This document shows, in pieces, positions 59,102-64,000 of a DNA stretch of 64,000 bases. The first letter of the stretch is position 1. Each line of letters starts with the position of its first letter. Under the pieces are notes generated by a model that ran no database searches, was not told the DNA's origin, and saw only the letters and a list, made by a program, of their open reading frames with translations. The DNA is from Chloroflexi bacterium RBG_13_51_36. Lineage in GTDB: Bacteria > Chloroflexota > Dehalococcoidia > GIF9 > AB-539-J10. Both the position numbers and the translations under genes were made by a program. The stretch is taken from assembly GCA_001796515.1 (NCBI GenBank), contig MGMS01000028.1, positions 4,355-68,354 on the forward strand, in the 5' to 3' direction.

Positions 59102-61306
59102 TTATGAGGAAAAATCCAAGTCTTTATCGATTCTCTCCAGTGGTGCCAGGCTGGCGAGGAGTTTCTTAACTCCAAACTCTTCAAAGACTACAGTCAATTC
59201 TTGGTCATCCCTGGTAGGACTGCAATTCATTACAATGCCTGGGCCAAATCTGACGTGGCGGACATGATCACCGACCTTCAGTGTCAAAGTGCTGGAATGT
59301 CGAAGTGAAGGCCCGAGGCTTTGGCTAAAATCGAGACTAGCTACAGGAGTCGGGCTGTCTTCCCATAAGCCTCTCGGGCTTATCAGGTGAGGTGAGATAT
59401 CCCGGAGAAAACGGGATGGCGGGTTTGCTGTGCTGCCGCCGAATAAGTTCCGACGGTAAGTGCGCAAAAGGTAGAGATGCTTCCTAGCCCTGGTTATGCC
59501 CACGTAGCAAAGACGACGCTCTTCTTCCATTTGTTCCGGGTCGTCGAATGACTTTCTGTGTGGGAGCATCCCTTCCTCCATGCCAACAATAAAAACCGCG
59601 GCAAACTCCAGGCCTTTGGCTTGGTGTAAAGTTATCAAAGTCACCGCATCGGCCTTTTCATCCAGTTCATCTATATCTGATACCAGGCTTACTTTCTCCA
59701 GGAATGCCGTCAAAGCTTCTTCAGGGGCAAGCGCATCATATTCGCTGGCGACACTGCGCAGCTCCATTACGTTCTCCCATCGTTCCTCACCATCGTCTTT
59801 GCCCAGGATGAATGCCCTGTACCCCGTGCGCTCCAGTATTTCATCGAGTAGACCAGAAAAGCTTGACTCACAACTCTGGTTGGTGAGCTTAATCATAAGA
59901 GCATCAAATCCGGCCAGAGCCTGGACAATGCGCGCGGACAGGGATTGTTTCGCTTCGCCGGCAGTCACATTCCGGCCCATCTGTTTCAGGGCTTCGAAAA
60001 GGGATGTGTCGTGGTCTCTTGCCCAGGATCGAAGCAGGCTGATGGTTTTTTGCCCGATACCTCTGCCGGGCACATTTATGATTCGAGTCAAACTGATATT
60101 GTCCTGTGGATTATGGATGAGCCTGAGGTAGGCAACAATGTCTTTAATCTCTTGCCTCTGGTAGAATCGGGTGCCGCCAACAAGCTTATAGGGCACTCCA
60201 TACCTCAGGAAGGTCTCTTCTAAAGCTCGTGATTGGGCATTAACCCGATACATAACAGCGCAATCCTTGAGGGATATTTGCTCCTGACCAATCAACTTCT
60301 CTATCTCGTTGGCCACGGATTGCGCTTCTTCTTCGGCACTGTAACTTTCGATAACCATTATCGGCGCTCCATCTTCGTTTTCCGTCCACAACTTTTTGGG
60401 CTTGCGCAGCACATTGGTCGAGATTACATCTGACGCTACCTCTAGTATTGTCCTGGTGGAGCGATAATTCTGTTCCAAAAACACAACTTTGGCTTCGGGA
60501 TAATCTTTTTCGAAACTCAGGATATTGCGCAAATCAGCAAATCTCCAGGAATAGATGGATTGGTCAGGGTCGCCGACTACACACAGATTCCGGTATTTTC
60601 CTGCCAGTTGTTTCATGAGCTCATACTGGGCGATATTGGTGTCCTGAAACTCGTCGACAAGAATATGAACGTATTTTGACTGGTATCTGTGGAGGATTTT
60701 AGGATGGTCACGGAACAACTGGACCGTCCTCATCAGTAAGTCGTCGAAATCTACTGCCACACCCTGCCTAAGTAATTGTTCATAGCGTTGATAGACCCTC
60801 TGAACAATTTCTTCAAAATAACTACCGACCCACTGGCCATAGTTCTCAGGGCTAATGAGACGGCTCTTTGCAGAGCCGATGGCTGAACGTATCGCCTGAG
60901 GGGCATACTGCTTGGCATCGAGGTTCAATTCTTCCATGGTTTGTTTCATCAACCTTAACTGGTCGTCGTCATCATAGATGACGAAATTAGACTCAAGCCC
61001 AACAGCTCCACCTTCATGACGGAGAATCCGAGCGCAAATTGCATGAAATGTGCCCAAGGTCAAGGCGGCTGCCATCTGGCCCAGAAGTTGCTCCAATCTC
61101 TCTTTCATTTCTCTGGCGGCTTTGTTGGTAAAGGTGACCGCCATAATGTGGTGAGGGGCAACGCCGCAGACCTTAACCAGATAAGCAACTCTGTGGGTGA
61201 TCACTCTGGTCTTGCCGCTGCCGGGTCCAGCCAGTATAAGTACAGGGCCTTCGATGGACTCCACAGCTTCTCTTTGGGCAAGATTAAGCGCGGCCAAGAT
61301 ATCCAT
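59102..61306 (-). CDS. pcrA: ATP-dependent DNA helicase PcrA/UvrD
   Basis: Superfamily-1 motifs (LAGPGSGKT, DEFQDTN, VGDPDQSIY, ...) and a C-terminal Tudor-like RNAP-interaction domain (KVGDHVRHVRFGPGIV). 734 aa. Confidence 0.9.
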   Translation of the reverse strand: MDILAALNLAQREAVESIEGPVLILAGPGSGKTRVITHRVAYLVKVCGVAPHHIMAVTFTNKAAREMKERLEQLLGQMAAALTLGTFHAICARILRHEGGAVGLESNFVIYDDDDQLRLMKQTMEELNLDAKQYAPQAIRSAIGSAKSRLISPENYGQWVGSYFEEIVQRVYQRYEQLLRQGVAVDFDDLLMRTVQLFRDHPKILHRYQSKYVHILVDEFQDTNIAQYELMKQLAGKYRNLCVVGDPDQSIYSWRFADLRNILSFEKDYPEAKVVFLEQNYRSTRTILEVASDVISTNVLRKPKKLWTENEDGAPIMVIESYSAEEEAQSVANEIEKLIGQEQISLKDCAVMYRVNAQSRALEETFLRYGVPYKLVGGTRFYQRQEIKDIVAYLRLIHNPQDNISLTRIINVPGRGIGQKTISLLRSWARDHDTSLFEALKQMGRNVTAGEAKQSLSARIVQALAGFDALMIKLTNQSCESSFSGLLDEILERTGYRAFILGKDDGEERWENVMELRSVASEYDALAPEEALTAFLEKVSLVSDIDELDEKADAVTLITLHQAKGLEFAAVFIVGMEEGMLPHRKSFDDPEQMEEERRLCYVGITRARKHLYLLRTYRRNLFGGSTANPPSRFLRDISPHLISPRGLWEDSPTPVASLDFSQSLGPSLRHSSTLTLKVGDHVRHVRFGPGIVMNCSPTRDDQELTVVFEEFGVKKLLASLAPLERIDKDLDFSS

Positions 61307-61603
61307 GGGGATTACGAGTTATTATAGCATTGAAGGGAGAAAGCCCCCAACACCTATAAATCATGGAGTCCGGGAAGACATTGCAGAAGCCCCTCAGATG
61401 GAAACATACTAGTCGAGGTGGAGAGAGTGTCGCCGATGACAGAGATCTGTCAGCTCTTTGCTGAATGTGCGAAGTCCTCGGAGTCGATGATTGGCGTGAC
61501 GCAATATGAAGGGATATAATCTCACTATGGGCTGCTACAATTGCCCGGTGGATGAAGGGCAATCACTGCATTGTCGGTACAGGACGAAGAAGGGAGGCCG
61601 GTG

Positions 61604-63016
61604 ATGAATGGCTTCAGTGACTATGATAAATATGACGGCCTTGGTCTGGCCGAACTTGTACGGAAGCGGGAAATCAAACCGAGTGAATTGATTGACGAAG
61701 CAATAAGCCGCATCGAAAAACTCAACCCACAGCTCAACGCAGTAATCTGCAAAATGTATGAGCTGGCTAGAAAGGCCGGGGATGGAGACCTCCCGAATGG
61801 TCCCTTCAGAGGCGTTCCCTTCCTGATGAAAGATATCCTGATGGCTTATGCCGGAGTTCCCCTAACCAATGGCCGCCGGTTCTTCAAAGACTTCATACCT
61901 GACCATGATAGTGAACTGGTGAAACGGTTCAAGGCAGCCGGCATCATCGTTCTTGGCAAGACCAACACACCGGAGTTCGGGCTGGTGCCGATTACCGAGC
62001 CAGAATTATTTGGTCCCACCAGCAACCCCTGGGACCTGAGCCGGATACCAGCTTCCTGCTGCGGGGTATTCGGTCTGAAGCCGACGCGAGGTCGCACACC
62101 GATAAGCCCTGATTTTGGTGAGGCTTGGCGCGGCTTGACTTGTGATCATGTATTAACCCGCTCGGTCCGTGATAGTGCTGCCATGCTTGATGCCACCGCT
62201 GGCCCGGACATAGGGGCTCCCTACTATGCTGTATCACCAGCTCGGCCCTTCCTGGAAGAAGTCGACACTGACCCGGGAAAGCTGCGAATTGCCTTTACCT
62301 CAGAGCCTTTTCTTAGTGCCACTGTCTACAAGGATTGTGTGAAAGGATTAGAGGCGACAGCTAGGCTATGCCGAGACCTGGGTCATGAATTAGTGGAAGC
62401 AACACCCCAGATTGATGGCAAAGCCTTTGCCAAGGCCTTCTTGACGGTAGTCTGTGTCGAAACGAGAGCCACAATTGAGGAAGGCGAGGTACTGTTGAAC
62501 CGGAAAGCTTCGTTGAAGGATTTTGAACCAAGTACATGGGCGCTTGGCTTGCTTGGCAAGCGATGCCGGGCCACCGAATTCTCCAGGTCTCTTAACCTAA
62601 CCCAACTTGCGGCTCGACAAATTGGCCAATTCTTCACAAAGTACGATGTCTTGCTGACTCCCACGCTGGCCATGCCACCAGTGCCCACAGGTGAGCTTCA
62701 ACCCGATAGGCTATGAACGGTGGCCATGAAATTATTAGGTAGCATTAATGCTGGTGGGTTGATTGACATGCTGAGTGGAATAGATGCTCTTTCTCAGCAC
62801 GTCTTTGGGTTTATGCCTTACACCCCTCTGTTTAATGTGACAGGTCAGCCGGCCATGTCGGCCCCACTCTACTGGAACGATGAAGGGTTGCCTATAGGGA
62901 TGCAGTTTGTCGGACGGTATGGGGACGAAGCCACGTTGTTCCGTTTGGCCGGGCAACTGGAAAAGGCAAGGCCGTGGTCTGGGCGCATTCCTCCAATCTG
63001 TGCGAGGGCCAACTAG
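61604..63016 (+). pseudogene. amidase-signature-family amidase, degenerate (catalytic Ser-cisSer region deleted in frame; internal TGA)
   Basis: ATG 61604 is preceded by a GGGAGG ribosome-binding site. The protein goes from NPWDLSR straight to [17 protein letters not shown] and lacks the universal GGSSGGSAAAVA...GGSIR block. An in-frame TGA at 62714-16 separates the C-terminal 98 codons ([18 protein letters not shown]...). This reasoning is based on established amidase motifs. Confidence 0.7.
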
Positions 63017-63184
63017 TCGGCACATAGATCTTTGAAGCTTCAAAATGCTTTCCCACGCAGCACTGGAGACCTTAGCATCAAATACATCGAGTCTGGACAC
63101 AACTATCTACCTGACGCCGTGAGAATTTGTAAGAGAAGGACAGGTTGAGCTAGCTAGGCTTTGTTGCTATACTTAATCGCGAGA

Positions 63185-63883
63185 ATGATTGATTGGAACG
63201 GTTGCCAGAGGAGCCTGGGAATATCTTTCCGCCAGGAGTCTTTGCTGGAGCAGGCTTTCGTGCATTCATCTTATTGTAACGAGAATCCTGGGTGTCCATT
63301 GCCTAGCAACGAGCGCCTAGAATTTCTTGGCGATGCCGTACTCAACTTTGTCGTAACGGAGGGACTGTATAAAGAGTTCCCTAATTCACCTGAAGGAGAG
63401 TTGACTGAGATTCGGGCTTCTTTGATTTGTCGCGATACTCTGGCTAGCCTAGCTTCTTCACTCAATCTTGGCGATTGGCTGGTATTGGGACGAGGCGAGG
63501 AAGCAAGCGGAGGAAGAACAAAGGCCAGTAACTTGGCAAATGCTATGGAAGCGCTGATCGGTGCTTTCTATTTGGATCAGGGATTAGCTAGGACCAGACG
63601 ATTCATCCTCAAACAACTGAAGCCGGAACTGGAGGAAATAAAGTCAGGTAAAATACCGAGGAATTACAAGGCATTAGTGCAAGAGTTCATCCAGGGAGAG
63701 AAGAGACCGACGCCGGTTTACCGTTTGGTGGAAGCCAGTGGTCCTGATCATCGCAAACGATTTACGTCTGAGATTTTGGTCGAAGGGGAGGTATTGGGCA
63801 AGGGGACAGGAAAGAGCAAGAAGATTGCGGAGAGTCAGGCAGCAAGAGCAGCTTGGGAAAGACTGAGGTGTAGCCATGGGTAG
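63185..63883 (+). CDS. rnc: ribonuclease III
   Basis: ERLEFLGDAVL signature, catalytic acidic residues and a C-terminal dsRBD. Start ATG 63185 chosen by alignment to the E. coli Rnc N-terminus. Confidence 0.9.
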   Translation: MIDWNGCQRSLGISFRQESLLEQAFVHSSYCNENPGCPLPSNERLEFLGDAVLNFVVTEGLYKEFPNSPEGELTEIRASLICRDTLASLASSLNLGDWLVLGRGEEASGGRTKASNLANAMEALIGAFYLDQGLARTRRFILKQLKPELEEIKSGKIPRNYKALVQEFIQGEKRPTPVYRLVEASGPDHRKRFTSEILVEGEVLGKGTGKSKKIAESQAARAAWERLRCSHG

Positions 63884-64000
63884 ACGAGACTATCGACGAC
63901 GAGAGCCAAAGAAACCCAAGAAGGGAACCCAGAAGGGCCGACCCATTTCGGAACTCGTGCCACAGGTGGAGGTAGAGGTAATTAAGAAGAAGAGGAAGCC
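63876..64000 (+). CDS. 5' end of a gene encoding a highly basic N-terminus (partial, runs off window)
   Basis: ATG 63876 overlaps the rnc stop. Encodes MGRRDYRRREPKKPKKGTQKGRPISELVPQVEVEVIKKKRK.... Identity unknown. Confidence 0.25.
   Translation, partial: MGRRDYRRREPKKPKKGTQKGRPISELVPQVEVEVIKKKRK

Noticed and set aside
59102-61306. UvrD-like helicase next to the low-GC island as a defence-system helicase (Gabija GajB or Hachiman type)
   Set aside because: The full set of PcrA/UvrD motifs, a C-terminal Tudor-like RNAP-binding domain, native GC and canonical length indicate the housekeeping PcrA.
62714-62716. In-frame TGA in the amidase as selenocysteine or programmed readthrough
   Set aside because: No SECIS-like hairpin follows. 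The same gene also lacks the catalytic Ser motif, so a pseudogene is the simpler explanation.
1-64000. CRISPR arrays, rRNA and tRNA genes
   Set aside because: No regularly spaced direct repeats and no rRNA-like conserved blocks were seen. Spot checks of the larger intergenic regions found no T-loop/acceptor patterns, but tRNAs cannot be excluded without a covariance search.

Overview
This 64-kb window looks like part of a bacterial chromosome of moderate GC (about 52-55%) with tightly packed operons. GTG and TTG starts are frequent, GGAGG-type ribosome-binding sites are strong, and many genes abut with ATGA or GTGA start/stop overlaps. Lineage cannot be determined from sequence alone; the gene content fits an anaerobic or thermophilic saccharolytic organism, possibly Chloroflexota-like.

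In order along the window:
- Housekeeping genes: pyrG (3' part), a short-type transaldolase and rho.
- A pair of adjacent acyl-CoA dehydrogenase genes.
- An alaS-ruvX-aroE-sppA-aroC operon.
- A five-gene Opp/Dpp-type peptide ABC transporter on the minus strand.
- An aroK-aroB fusion, followed by aspS-tig-clpP.
- A PHP phosphoesterase, efp and pepP.
- An OmpR/HK two-component pair.
- dnaN and malQ.
- A convergent ROK glucokinase / class-I aldolase / pyruvate kinase block.
- A 12-kb minus-strand cluster, glgP-glgC-glgA-mscS-treT-otsA-otsB-glgB, combining glycogen synthesis and degradation with two trehalose synthesis routes and a mechanosensitive channel. A GH57 glycosidase follows.
- An RCC1-repeat lipoprotein gene with a decayed tandem paralog.
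- mutL.
- A roughly 2.6-kb low-GC island carrying an IS1-family transposase and three uncharacterised genes.
- pcrA, a degenerate amidase, and rnc.

No rRNA genes or CRISPR arrays were seen. tRNA genes could not be excluded by eye.

The most interesting signals are:
- An uncharacterised ~80-aa domain present three times: twice in tandem at the C-terminus of the MscS channel in the trehalose operon, and once as a standalone gene with its own promoter between glgP and the GH57 gene.
- The low-GC island.
- An amidase carrying both an in-frame deletion of the catalytic Ser motif and an in-frame TGA.
- The duplicated and decaying repeat-lipoprotein locus.
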